Origin: Pseudomonas phage EL
Sequence record: AJ697969.1
Strand: one strand, 5' to 3'
DNA: 64,000 nucleotides
The position numbers and the translations under genes were made by a program. A model generated the notes under the pieces. It saw only the letters and a program-made list of their open reading frames with translations. It ran no database searches and was not told where the DNA came from. Of this stretch, positions 29,669 through 39,124 are shown piece after piece (within the stretch, counting starts at the first letter, position 1; the number at the start of each line of letters is the position of its first letter).

Positions 29669-31082
29669 CAATGATTACCCTATTCCTCTACCAGGAGGAA
29701 TTCGTGCAGATAGAAAGGATATACACAACTCCTATTGAACATCCAGAGGAAGTTGGGTTTTATAAACATCCAACATTGCCGATTTGGTTGTCTAAAGACG
29801 ACGATCGGATCCTCACAGAAACAGGTTTCGTGGAACCAAGCATAGGCGGCGAATACAAGTACTACATTCGTCAGCACCTCCATGTGTTGAAACTAGAGAC
29901 ATTTCTTGAGAAGCCCAGCTCAACTATCAAGTTGTGGGGGAATCACAGGGATGGCGACAAGCGCAATAATCACCTGGAAAACTTGGAGTGGTGTACTCCG
30001 TCAATGAATTTGATCCATGCGTTTAAGACCGGTCTTAGGTCGGATAACCTTCCCGGTTTACTCACCGATCTAGAAACAGGTGAGGTCAAATCATTTACGA
30101 GTTTAAGGGAATGCGCTACCTACTTAGGTATCAATCCTGGTACACTCACTGTTTACATGAAATCTGATAGAAAGTATCCGCTCAAGTTTAAGTACTCTGT
30201 GCGTCTAATATCGGAAGAGCCTAGCAAACTGACTGCTGACGACATTGGTAAAGTAAGGAAGGGTGGACCCAAACCTTGCAAGATCGTCAATAAACTCACT
30301 GGCGAAATAAAGCATCTGGCCTTTGAGAAAAGCATTCAGGAACTGTTCGGTTTATCTGAGAGACGTTATCAGCGTGCTTTGAAAGAACGTGGATACGAAG
30401 ACTGGATTTTCGAAGAAGTGAAGACGTATGAAGAATACGTCGAGTGTTTAAAGGATGATAAGGCGAAGACTGTAAAGTCTAACCGACATCTTTCTTTAGT
30501 CAAGGAAAAACAGTTGGCTACAGCTAAGAAGATTGTGGTTACTAACAATCTGACAGGCGAAATAACTGAATTCGACAATCTTAGTGACTTCTCAATGGAG
30601 AATGGTTTCATGATAAGCGAGATCAACCGCGCTTTGAAAACCAAAGATTCATGGAGAGAATTCACATTTAAATATCTGGAATAGGGTAATTGTTAAAGGC
30701 TCACCAGGCACGAAAGTCCTGGATGAGAATCTCTTTAATTGCTGGAACACCCACAAAAGTGAACCACCTTACGTAACCGTAAGGGGACGAAAGTCAGAAA
30801 CAACGGTTCACCTGTCCTACGCTAACCAATAACGCTAAGGGATACTGACAAGGGGCAACCAGCAGCGAAGCCTGTTGTTATTCAACAGGAACGTTCAACG
30901 GCCATTCGATGACCCGTAATCTGATTACGGCGAGAAGTAGGGTAGCAAGCTAATGGCACCCGAAACAGGAGACACCTAATCCCTAACCGGGAATGGTGAT
31001 GATATGGTCTGACCACGGTTTAATAGACCGTGCAGGTGTCTGTGCACACCGGGTAATGAGTAGCGTCATTACTGGACAAGTG
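29669..31082 (+). mobile_element. putative self-splicing group I intron carrying an HNH homing endonuclease ORF, inserted inside the beta' NADFDGD codons
   Basis: 5' exon ends in U (gcT); the proposed intron ends in G immediately before gat ttt gat ggt gat (DFDGD); the 3' ~400 nt (30685..31082) is non-coding and full of GNRA (GAAA) tetraloop hairpins and nested stems; HEG has divergent AT-rich codon usage. Confidence 0.5.
29671..30684 (+). CDS. HNH homing endonuclease with C-terminal NUMOD-like DNA-binding repeats
   Basis: WGNHRDGDKRNNHLENLEWCTPSMN is a classic phage HNH motif (H-N-H with invariant Asn); three helix-turn-helix-like repeats (ECATYLGINPGTLTVYM, ELFGLSERRYQRALKERG, MENGFMISEINRALKT); codon usage distinct from neighbours. 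Confidence 0.75.
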   Translation: MITLFLYQEEFVQIERIYTTPIEHPEEVGFYKHPTLPIWLSKDDDRILTETGFVEPSIGGEYKYYIRQHLHVLKLETFLEKPSSTIKLWGNHRDGDKRNNHLENLEWCTPSMNLIHAFKTGLRSDNLPGLLTDLETGEVKSFTSLRECATYLGINPGTLTVYMKSDRKYPLKFKYSVRLISEEPSKLTADDIGKVRKGGPKPCKIVNKLTGEIKHLAFEKSIQELFGLSERRYQRALKERGYEDWIFEEVKTYEEYVECLKDDKAKTVKSNRHLSLVKEKQLATAKKIVVTNNLTGEITEFDNLSDFSMENGFMISEINRALKTKDSWREFTFKYLE

Positions 31083-31274
31083 GATTTTGATGGTGATTCC
31101 ATGTATGCCATCTTCTTGATTGACTTGGAGTCTAAAGCGAAAGCCTACGGGGGATTAGGTCATCATCAGGTATTGGATAACAACGTTCCCTTCAAGATCA
31201 GCAAGTATGCGGGACAAACCGCTACCAACCTGATGAACTTCAATACCCTCATGCTACAGAAACCGATTGAGTAA
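31083..31274 (+). CDS. RNA polymerase beta' N-terminal part, exon 2 (begins DFDGDSMYAIF...). Alternatively an independently translated fragment 30993..31274 if the gene is split rather than spliced
   Basis: ITGQV-DFDGDSMYAIF matches the beta' Mg-binding motif NADFDGDQMAVHV; in frame with ORF 30993..31274. Confidence 0.5.
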   Translation, partial: DFDGDSMYAIFLIDLESKAKAYGGLGHHQVLDNNVPFKISKYAGQTATNLMNFNTLMLQKPIE

Positions 31275-31283
31275 GGAGGTGAA

Positions 31284-31931
31284 GTGTCGATGCGAAGTGC
31301 TAATGCCTTCAGTCACGCGATCTCAGGCAGTTTTACCGAAGAGTCCATAGCCAAGTACGCCGACTACGTAAACAACTCTACAGCGCTCCTACAGAACGCT
31401 GGAGGCTGGTTGGGGGAACAAGCCAAGAAGACCCTGGATTGTTTTACCAGCTTCGTAAACTCCCGCGCGTGGGAAATGGGTAAACGCCTGTTGAATAAGA
31501 ACGACGGGGAGTACGTCGGTCGGTATTCCATTGGCTACCTGGGGAGTATTGAAGCCCTCCAAGGTGCTGAGGGATATATGCGGGACTACATCATGGCCAA
31601 TCCCACCATGATGCAGCTGTACCTGGACGGTGAAATTGAAGGGTATGGTGGGGAGTTCAGTAAGTTCTGTTCAGGTGTTGGGGAGGAGAACCTCTTCTAT
31701 CGCCGCAGTATGAATGGGTTGCTGAATTTGACCACTGTGGATGATAAACCGCATCTACGCCATACCCATTACCACGACAGCCTAGGTGGTAAGATCTCCT
31801 TCAGGGAACGGTGTGATGTCCAGAAAACCTGGGCGGCCATCGATCACCATCGGGCTAAATCCCTGTTCGACCTCACCAGTCCTGCCGGGAATAAGCTGAA
31901 GAGCGCTGAAGAAGAAACCACCGAGGAGTAA
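31284..31931 (+). CDS. hypothetical protein (215 aa)
   Basis: ORF with GGAGG RBS (TAAGGAGGTGAAGTGTCGATG). Confidence 0.5.
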   Translation: MSMRSANAFSHAISGSFTEESIAKYADYVNNSTALLQNAGGWLGEQAKKTLDCFTSFVNSRAWEMGKRLLNKNDGEYVGRYSIGYLGSIEALQGAEGYMRDYIMANPTMMQLYLDGEIEGYGGEFSKFCSGVGEENLFYRRSMNGLLNLTTVDDKPHLRHTHYHDSLGGKISFRERCDVQKTWAAIDHHRAKSLFDLTSPAGNKLKSAEEETTEE

Positions 31932-31934
31932 GGT

Positions 31935-31996
31935 GTCTAAACCAAGCAGGGGTGGTTCCCTGCTTGGTTTATTATGACCTTTTATTTTGTCTTTCT
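31935..31996 (+). terminator. rho-independent terminator (AAACCAAGCAGGG/CCCTGCTTGGTTT plus T-rich run)
   Basis: 13-bp stem, 6-nt loop, then ATTATGACCTTTTATTTTGTCTTTC. Confidence 0.5.
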
Positions 31997-32030
31997 ATAG
32001 AGAGCCTTCTTTCTTTAGGGAGTTAACAGT

Positions 32031-32438
32031 ATGGCGCGGTTTTGCGTAGGGACAATGGACAGTAAGTTAGGGTGGGAGACTCAGTCTCCTGATACCGCTA
32101 TTTCACGTCATGTGACCTATTGGTTTACCAGTCGAGAGAACCAAGGTAAACTGATTGGAGGTGTGCCTAGTTTCTACATGATCTTTAAAGACTTCGCTCA
32201 ATACCCCGATCAAATGGTGGAACAAGTCCAGGACAAATTCAAGGCGTACCTGGAGGAATTGTTCGACGAAGTCATGGTGGGTGTAAGTCGACAAAATGTT
32301 ACTGGGAGTGTCAATAATTACAGGCTCATACTGACCGCTCGTGTCGTAGTGGACAATATGAAGTATGACTTGGCGCAAACCATTCTGATCACCGGTGAAC
32401 TGTACAAAGTTCTGGACTTAGAGAGACTTAAACGATGA
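32031..32438 (+). CDS. hypothetical protein (135 aa)
   Basis: ORF. Confidence 0.5.
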   Translation: MARFCVGTMDSKLGWETQSPDTAISRHVTYWFTSRENQGKLIGGVPSFYMIFKDFAQYPDQMVEQVQDKFKAYLEELFDEVMVGVSRQNVTGSVNNYRLILTARVVVDNMKYDLAQTILITGELYKVLDLERLKR

Positions 32439-33268
32439 CTGACAAACACAACGAAGACTTCCGGGGTAAAGTTCCTGATCATATCCAAGAGATGCACCTG
32501 GAGAATGACCTTGGTTGGTTGAAGGACTTGAAAGTCCACGAACTGGATGGTAAACTCCTGCTGGGTGAGCCGGGGGAAGAACTCCCCTTTAACGTGAGTC
32601 ATGTGATTGAAGAGAAGGAATTCGTTCAGAAATGGTTGATTCCCTTTGCGCTGGGGAATTCCACCGGAGTGAACTACTTCCCCTTCCAGGAATGGTGCTC
32701 CTTTACCTTTAACGGAACCCGGTCTGTATTGGTGGTTGCCCGGGATGCTGAAACCGGTAAATACGAACCGACTCTCTTGGTTCCGCCGATTATTTCCAAC
32801 TCCCTGACTGCGGATGACCGGTACAAGCTCCGGATGGCCTCGCTGGCTATTTACAATATCAGTGAAGACAACCGCCAGAAAGAGAATCTGAACGCCAGCT
32901 TGAAGGTTGCGAATGCCTTGGCGGATAGCAAAATAGGTCTGGAAGCTAAACCCACGACCTTGACGGATTTGATTACTCCGGCCTTCTTTGAGAAGTTCTC
33001 GGTCGTTCCGGAAGTGGAGCGTAAGGTTTACTGGATCCGGGATGTTATCCGGAAAGGAACTGAAACCAATCCCGACGACCTGACTCGTGCCCGGGAGTTG
33101 TTCTTTAAAGAACACAAAGGTGAAACCCTGACTCAGGAAGAGTTGAAATTCCTAAACCAACTGAGTTTAGGGGATTATGAGATTGAAGACCGTCTGGCTG
33201 ACGCACCGAGTGAACAGGCGGATAGCGAATCGCCAGACGATCCCAACTTCGATCCGTTGGCGTGTTAA
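32435..33268 (+). CDS. hypothetical acidic protein (277 aa)
   Basis: ORF with ATGA overlap with the upstream gene. Confidence 0.5.
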   Translation: MTDKHNEDFRGKVPDHIQEMHLENDLGWLKDLKVHELDGKLLLGEPGEELPFNVSHVIEEKEFVQKWLIPFALGNSTGVNYFPFQEWCSFTFNGTRSVLVVARDAETGKYEPTLLVPPIISNSLTADDRYKLRMASLAIYNISEDNRQKENLNASLKVANALADSKIGLEAKPTTLTDLITPAFFEKFSVVPEVERKVYWIRDVIRKGTETNPDDLTRARELFFKEHKGETLTQEELKFLNQLSLGDYEIEDRLADAPSEQADSESPDDPNFDPLAC

Positions 33269-33290
33269 GGTAGTAAGGGGTAGATTATTC

Positions 33291-34406
33291 ATGCGGATTC
33301 TTTGGACTTCCGACCACCATACGCTGCACCAGACAACCCCCACTACTCATGTACTGGGGAATATGTCGACGTTTTACTTTAAAGATCACGATCTGAACAA
33401 TATTGATCTGTCGATCTTTGGTGGGGACCTCACAGAACGCATGGTAGAGGCCCCTAATCCTGATTTCATTAAACTCAAGGAATGGGCCAAGGTTTACCTG
33501 AACGCGTGTGACAAGGCCCATACAGCCGTTCTAGTACTGGAAGGAACCCACTCCCACGACAGGGGTCAGCCTAAACACTTGGAGACGCTGGCTCCCGAGG
33601 GAATGGATTTCCGGTATGTGGATGCCTTGTCCATTCAGTATTACCCCCAATTCAACAATCTCAGTATTCTCTGTGTTCCTGACAACATGGGAACCCTGAC
33701 ACCTGATGAGATTTGGGACAAGACTGTCGCATTGCTCAATGAACACAAACTGAAGCAAGTGGACTTGATTGTGTTTCATGGTGCGTGGGAGCATCAATTG
33801 CCGGTGCAAGTACGACACAAGGCTCACCAGTTAGCCCGATGGGAAACCATTGTTAAGTACTTCATTCTGTCGGGTCATATCCACGTCCCCTCTGAAGTGG
33901 GTAAGATGCGGTGTTCGGGTTCCTTTGACCGTACAGCCCACGGGGAAGAACACCCGAAAGGGGGGTATTTGGTTGAGCTTGACCTGGAGAAGGAAACCGC
34001 CACTTCAACCTTCCAGGAAAATAAGAACGCCCTTCCGTATTTAACTCTGAAAGTCAAGGAAGACATTACGACCGAACAATTGGTCTTGGACCTCCAGCAG
34101 TTCATCCGCCGGAAGAAACTCCCGTACCACAGCCAAATCCGGGTCATGGGTGGTGCAGCGGATATCGTTAAACCGGTTATACGTATCTTTGAGAAAGAAT
34201 TCCCCTACTTTGGCTTTAAAGCGGAGAATGCGAAAGCCAAAGAACAGCATGTCCAAGACGACCTGTTCAATAACCAAACGTACGACTACCCTCAGTTAAC
34301 GAAAAAGAACTTGGCATCAGCCCTGTTACCTGAATGTCAAGGTGTCTTCGAGAAGGAAGGGATCTCTGATGAAGAAGCCTTGAAAGTCCTGGAGGAATTC
34401 CTATGA
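33291..34406 (+). CDS. SbcD/Mre11-like calcineurin-family metallophosphoesterase nuclease
   Basis: ordered phosphoesterase motifs ILWTSDHH (DxH), IFGGDLTER (GDxxxR), VLVLEGTHSHD (GNHD-like), IVFHGAWEH, LSGHIHV (GHxH); start set at MRILWTSD. Confidence 0.55.
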   Translation: MRILWTSDHHTLHQTTPTTHVLGNMSTFYFKDHDLNNIDLSIFGGDLTERMVEAPNPDFIKLKEWAKVYLNACDKAHTAVLVLEGTHSHDRGQPKHLETLAPEGMDFRYVDALSIQYYPQFNNLSILCVPDNMGTLTPDEIWDKTVALLNEHKLKQVDLIVFHGAWEHQLPVQVRHKAHQLARWETIVKYFILSGHIHVPSEVGKMRCSGSFDRTAHGEEHPKGGYLVELDLEKETATSTFQENKNALPYLTLKVKEDITTEQLVLDLQQFIRRKKLPYHSQIRVMGGAADIVKPVIRIFEKEFPYFGFKAENAKAKEQHVQDDLFNNQTYDYPQLTKKNLASALLPECQGVFEKEGISDEEALKVLEEFL

Positions 34407-35200
34407 GAAGTACAGGTGCTTTGGGAATGTCCGTAGGGACATCGTTGGCGTTTGAGAGTGATGCGGCTTCTCTAATACGTAATTCGGATACCATCCTGCT
34501 GAACCTTATGACGCTAATACGGAATGCGTATGACGCGTATGAGACCAAAGAGGAAAAGGATCAACTGACATCAGATCAACTGGTAGAGGCGGTTACCAGT
34601 GATCTGAAGATCCTGGCAAAATGGATGGAAGAGACGCGTAAAAGTAAACCGGTTGAACTGGTGGTGTATTATCCCACCTATACGGGTCTTAAGACCCGTT
34701 TCCGTCATGCGGATCTCAAACTCCCTACGACGAAGAATCAAATCCGGTACGATACCCTCTCGAAAGAGGCAGCAAAGAAGCTGTATACGAAATACGAGAA
34801 ACTGTTGTCTAAGACAGACATCGGTATGCCTGAATTCAAAGGGCGGGGTATTGTATTGACGCACCACGTGGTGGACCTCGCGGTATCGAACAGTGTTGGA
34901 CGTTTAATACTGTTGGAGTCGTATACGGGTAAAACCAAACCCTTTACCCAGTGGTACACTAAACTGACGGGAGGGGAGGATCTGTTTTACATGCCGTTTA
35001 ACCGGTTCACCATCCAGATCTTTGGTGACCGTTCAACCAATTTCATGTCGTCCTCAACAGGGATTAAGGAGCTGGTGAAGAAACTGGCGCTGGATAATAA
35101 GTGGACATCTGCCACAACACTGGGACGAATCAGAAGTCATATCAACAACCTGCCACAAGGGGTAGATCGAGCCGGTCTACAACTGATGCTGAACGGTTAG
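34403..35200 (+). CDS. hypothetical protein (265 aa), translationally coupled to the nuclease gene
   Basis: ATGA overlap with the previous stop. Confidence 0.5.
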   Translation: MRSTGALGMSVGTSLAFESDAASLIRNSDTILLNLMTLIRNAYDAYETKEEKDQLTSDQLVEAVTSDLKILAKWMEETRKSKPVELVVYYPTYTGLKTRFRHADLKLPTTKNQIRYDTLSKEAAKKLYTKYEKLLSKTDIGMPEFKGRGIVLTHHVVDLAVSNSVGRLILLESYTGKTKPFTQWYTKLTGGEDLFYMPFNRFTIQIFGDRSTNFMSSSTGIKELVKKLALDNKWTSATTLGRIRSHINNLPQGVDRAGLQLMLNG

Positions 35201-35269
35201 TCTCCCATCTATTCTCACTGAAAATTCTATCTTTATTGGTTAGGAATTTCGAATTTAAGGTAACCTCTC

Positions 35270-35968
35270 ATGAGTGACAATCAACATCGCAAGTTTACCC
35301 CCCGTAAGAAAACCCTCCTGAATGACTGGAAACAGCCTCATCCAACGACCTTGGAACCTTTGCCGGGAGCAAAGTACCCGGCGCAGGGGATGTTCGAGTG
35401 CAAGAACAGTGGGGCGTTTCCCATTGTCTTCAAGATCAACGACGGCATCTTTGAGAAAGGTTCCAACAGTAACCACAAAGAAGTCGAACTGAACTATTCG
35501 GATCGGGGCGCGCTCTTCGAAGCGATTATTGAGGCCTCGAATGATGCGAACTTTGGGTTCCGTCAGATCCCGATTTCGAAGAAGCAGATGATCTTCTCGG
35601 GTGGGAGCGCGCGTCAATCGGAGAACCCGATTGTTCAAGCGACCTTTACCATCATCCGGGATAAGAACGGTGTTATCCACCTGGGGTACACCAAAGGGGA
35701 TTACAAAGTCCCGCTGGTTTTCCGTGGTTCCAACTTCACGACGGTATACGTCAAGAATGAAGCCGGTGAACGCGTTGAAGACCAGGGTCTGATGTCCCGT
35801 TGGGTAGCTCGGGCCTGGGTGCGTTTCCACCAGGATCTCCTGAATGAGATCGAGCAGGCGGCTTGGGAACCCCCGAAACCGCGTGACGGTGGGGTAAATA
35901 ACAACCGGCAGCCTTCCAATGACTCCAGTTCTGCCACCCACGATGACTTCGATGACGTGGAATTCTAA
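35270..35968 (+). CDS. abundant hypothetical protein with acidic C-terminal tip ...DDFDDVEF (possible SSB-like protein)
   Basis: optimised codon usage; C-terminal acidic-Phe tip resembles the SSB DDDIPF tail; followed by a strong terminator. Confidence 0.5.
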   Translation: MSDNQHRKFTPRKKTLLNDWKQPHPTTLEPLPGAKYPAQGMFECKNSGAFPIVFKINDGIFEKGSNSNHKEVELNYSDRGALFEAIIEASNDANFGFRQIPISKKQMIFSGGSARQSENPIVQATFTIIRDKNGVIHLGYTKGDYKVPLVFRGSNFTTVYVKNEAGERVEDQGLMSRWVARAWVRFHQDLLNEIEQAAWEPPKPRDGGVNNNRQPSNDSSSATHDDFDDVEF

Positions 35969-35980
35969 TTAGACCAAAAA

Positions 35981-36025
35981 GGGTAGGAGGGGTTGCCCCT
36001 CCTACCCGGTCTATTCGTTTGGTTA
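35981..36025 (+). terminator. rho-independent terminator (GGGTAGGAGGGG/CCCCTCCTACCC plus T-rich run)
   Basis: 12-bp stem, 3-nt loop, then GGTCTATTCGTTTGGTT. Confidence 0.55.
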
Positions 36026-36085
36026 GAATATTTTAAACCTACATTATCTTCCCGTAATCCTGGACTATTCTGTTTGGAGTGAACC

Positions 36086-37639
36086 ATGTTTAACATCGAG
36101 GTTAAGCGGAAATCCAAGAAGACGATTAAAGCCATCATTGTTTCGTTGAATGAGAAGAGCCTCCGCTTTAACGGTGATGCAACAATCAAACTTGAACGGG
36201 TGATTAAAGAAAAGGATGCGAGTGATCCTAATCTCTTCAGTTGTTTCAACGAGTATGTGGAGAACATCTTCGATACGGATAAGAAGATTGAACTCTTTAA
36301 GTTGTATGAAAAGGCGTATCAGATTGCCGAAAGTCCTACGTATAAGGACTACCGGGTTGAAATCGCTGAAATTAAACCGATTATCAATGCTATTCTAAAC
36401 CTCATTGATGTTCCCAAGTACTGTAGCTTCATCCAGTATTCCGAACACATGGTCGTTCCTCCTGACCTGAGCGTTGCCTCCAGTAAGGGGGATTACCCGG
36501 AACAAACAACCATTACGGATTACGATTATAAAGAGTTGGTTAAGCTGACCTTTGTGATCCGTTCGGTTTATCCGATCATCTTCTCGTTAATTGCTCGCTT
36601 CGATGCGGCAATGGGAACAGGGTACAGTGAGCAGGTGTGTGGGAGTCTGATTAAAGATAACGCCCACATCGTTAACCTGTATGGGTGGAAGAAGCTTCAG
36701 ACCTATGTGAACTTTGCCTTTGGTAAACGAGGTATACCCCAGCAAGCAGACAGCATTGGGAGTGTAGAGTATTTCGTGGAGCGGGTGCTGTATGATACCC
36801 TCTTCTCCCGGCTGTGCTGTGCGGTCATCCCCGAAACCGAAGAAGGGAAGCACCTGGCCACCGCCATTAACGCTTCGGTACGCCATCATGGATCGATTGG
36901 GGGTGGGTTTAAAGCCAAGGATGCCCGGGAAGGTGAGGATGATAAGCGGTCCCTGTTGGAACGGTATCATATCAACGAAGAGATCAAGGCGGCAAATGAA
37001 ACCGTAGACGCTGAGTATTTCAGTTTAGGGTTGTTTGACGAGAATGACAATGAACGGTACGTGGATCGGTTCAAGATCCCGTGTCTGGGCCTAGGTATAA
37101 AGAATCCCCAGCTGGTGGAACAGGTCTACGACAACATGCCCCCGAACTGGGACATCACGTTGGACAATCATGTCATTACGTTGCTTCAACTGACGTTCGT
37201 CGATGCGATCTCTCCTATGATCTTCTGGAGTTGTGACGGGCATCAACTGCGGGCAGCCATTGCCTTGGCTCAGGTCCGTTTGAGCGAACAAGGGTATCAT
37301 TACCTTCCGTCGGTACTGGGAGCGAGTAATAATCCCGGAGGCATGCGATCCCTTTCGGATGGTTTGCGGTTGAACACCGAAGATAAAGAATTCCTGGTCA
37401 GTATTTGTGACATCCAAAGTCGTAATGACGAAGGACGGTCCTTTAATGAAGCCGTGGAGGTCGCAACGGAGTTCTTGGAAACCTTTGGGAATGGGCAATG
37501 GAAATCGAACCTGGAATATGGGGTATTGGATGATCCTGAAGTCTATCAACGGGTAGAACGCGCTGCGTTGTTCGACCTGGAGATTGATTTGGAAATCAAG
37601 AATGAGTTCATGCGGTTAGTTAGACAAGTCAATACCTGA
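36086..37639 (+). CDS. hypothetical protein (517 aa)
   Basis: ORF; preceded by the AACCTACATTAT motif 47 nt upstream. Confidence 0.55.
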   Translation: MFNIEVKRKSKKTIKAIIVSLNEKSLRFNGDATIKLERVIKEKDASDPNLFSCFNEYVENIFDTDKKIELFKLYEKAYQIAESPTYKDYRVEIAEIKPIINAILNLIDVPKYCSFIQYSEHMVVPPDLSVASSKGDYPEQTTITDYDYKELVKLTFVIRSVYPIIFSLIARFDAAMGTGYSEQVCGSLIKDNAHIVNLYGWKKLQTYVNFAFGKRGIPQQADSIGSVEYFVERVLYDTLFSRLCCAVIPETEEGKHLATAINASVRHHGSIGGGFKAKDAREGEDDKRSLLERYHINEEIKAANETVDAEYFSLGLFDENDNERYVDRFKIPCLGLGIKNPQLVEQVYDNMPPNWDITLDNHVITLLQLTFVDAISPMIFWSCDGHQLRAAIALAQVRLSEQGYHYLPSVLGASNNPGGMRSLSDGLRLNTEDKEFLVSICDIQSRNDEGRSFNEAVEVATEFLETFGNGQWKSNLEYGVLDDPEVYQRVERAALFDLEIDLEIKNEFMRLVRQVNT

Positions 37640-37673
37640 AAGTATCATCCGTAACTAGACAGAGGAAACAAAC

Positions 37674-39110
37674 ATGTCCGAAATGTTGGTGACATTGACC
37701 CGAGCCATTTTTGGTATGGGGAATAGCAACCACGATCACGTTCATCGTCATAACCAACTCAACCTGGACAGCACTGAGGTGGATGACCTCATCATGGAAC
37801 AGGTCAATGGAGGTGTTACCGCGGGTACCCTGAACCGCATTGCTGCCTCCAGCGGTAACCTGTCCCAGCGTCCTCAAGGCTACGTCTCCGTCGAAGAAGG
37901 CTTCGGCGTACGGCGTGGAATTGGACAACTCACGTTCGTTATTGAAAGCAATTCAAACTTCCATTCGGAAATGTGTGTGGTGGGGTACCTCTTTGGAGGC
38001 ACTGCGTCGGAACAAGGTATCTCGGATGACACCATGTTCGTTCCGGTACGGACTTGGTCAACCTTGACGACCAATACCCATGACAGTCAAGGCTTCCCGA
38101 TGACCAAGCGGATGATCGACAGTTCCCATCAGTTCCTCATGGGATCGGTGGATCAGAACAAAGACCTGAAAGCCGTACGTCCGTTGGATGTCGGGAATGA
38201 AGCCTTGGGGTTTGCCGCCAGTGAAGAAGATGGTTCTGAGATGATGTATGCCGGGACGGTGGGGAGCGACCTCAAGAACAACACCTTGATGTCGAAGACC
38301 CTCAACCTCAACCCCACGCATTATTCCCGGGAGTTGCTCAAACTGGCCACCAATGCAGGGTTCCACTCCTCCAATGGCAGTTCGTTGGAAGTGGAACTGT
38401 CCAACGGATTGATCGGCGAATCGATTGGAGAACTCTCCCCGCTCGAAAACCCTTTCATGCGGGCAATGATGCAATCCACCGGTCAGTACATGTTGGGTGG
38501 GTTCCAGGGGTTCAGTATTGGGGAAATCTATCAGGTCTTCGATAACCTGTTGGATGTCATGAACCTCAACCTGTTGAATCCCAGTTCCTTTGCGGAAGAC
38601 AACACCCTGCTCACCAGCAGTGAATATGGGTCTGCGGGTAACCATGAGGTGATTGCTACGGAACTGGCGATGATGTCGGTTCACCTGATGTTGCAGTGTG
38701 GTCTCTCCAGCCTACGGTTCTCCGCCACCAATAACCTCATGGAATATAGCACGATCATGGATGATGGTGTGGGTGTCGCTTTCGTCATCGGTGAAGCCAT
38801 GTCCATGTTGGACAATGACATGTTCGTGGAAAACCGGGTGGAGGACTTCAAGCGTCTGATTGCCCAACACTTCTTCTCGAAATACTCGGGACCTCATGTT
38901 CATTTGAGAACCTTGATGAATATTGAAGTGGAGTGTTACATGTTTGGTGAGATCGTTATTACGATTTCGTTCAATGGGGAAGCCAACGAGAAAACCTTCA
39001 CCAACGCTACCTACTACATTAATCATACCAGCAGCAGCATTGCCGGTAATGAAAACGGCCTGTTGGAAGCCAAGAACTTCCTGACCGGTATTCGTGAATA
39101 CTTCAGCTAA
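37674..39110 (+). CDS. hypothetical protein (478 aa)
   Basis: ORF with GAGGAAAC RBS. Confidence 0.55.
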   Translation: MSEMLVTLTRAIFGMGNSNHDHVHRHNQLNLDSTEVDDLIMEQVNGGVTAGTLNRIAASSGNLSQRPQGYVSVEEGFGVRRGIGQLTFVIESNSNFHSEMCVVGYLFGGTASEQGISDDTMFVPVRTWSTLTTNTHDSQGFPMTKRMIDSSHQFLMGSVDQNKDLKAVRPLDVGNEALGFAASEEDGSEMMYAGTVGSDLKNNTLMSKTLNLNPTHYSRELLKLATNAGFHSSNGSSLEVELSNGLIGESIGELSPLENPFMRAMMQSTGQYMLGGFQGFSIGEIYQVFDNLLDVMNLNLLNPSSFAEDNTLLTSSEYGSAGNHEVIATELAMMSVHLMLQCGLSSLRFSATNNLMEYSTIMDDGVGVAFVIGEAMSMLDNDMFVENRVEDFKRLIAQHFFSKYSGPHVHLRTLMNIEVECYMFGEIVITISFNGEANEKTFTNATYYINHTSSSIAGNENGLLEAKNFLTGIREYFS

Positions 39111-39124
39111 GAGGATAACCGCTC

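Noticed and set aside
30993-31082. N-terminal 30 codons of ORF 30993..31274 (MVMIWSDHGLIDRAGVCAHRVMSSVITGQV) as real coding sequence
   Set aside because: Conservation with beta' begins precisely at DFDGD. The upstream part overlaps the hairpin-rich non-coding RNA and is better explained as intron sequence. This is retained only as the alternative under a split-gene model.
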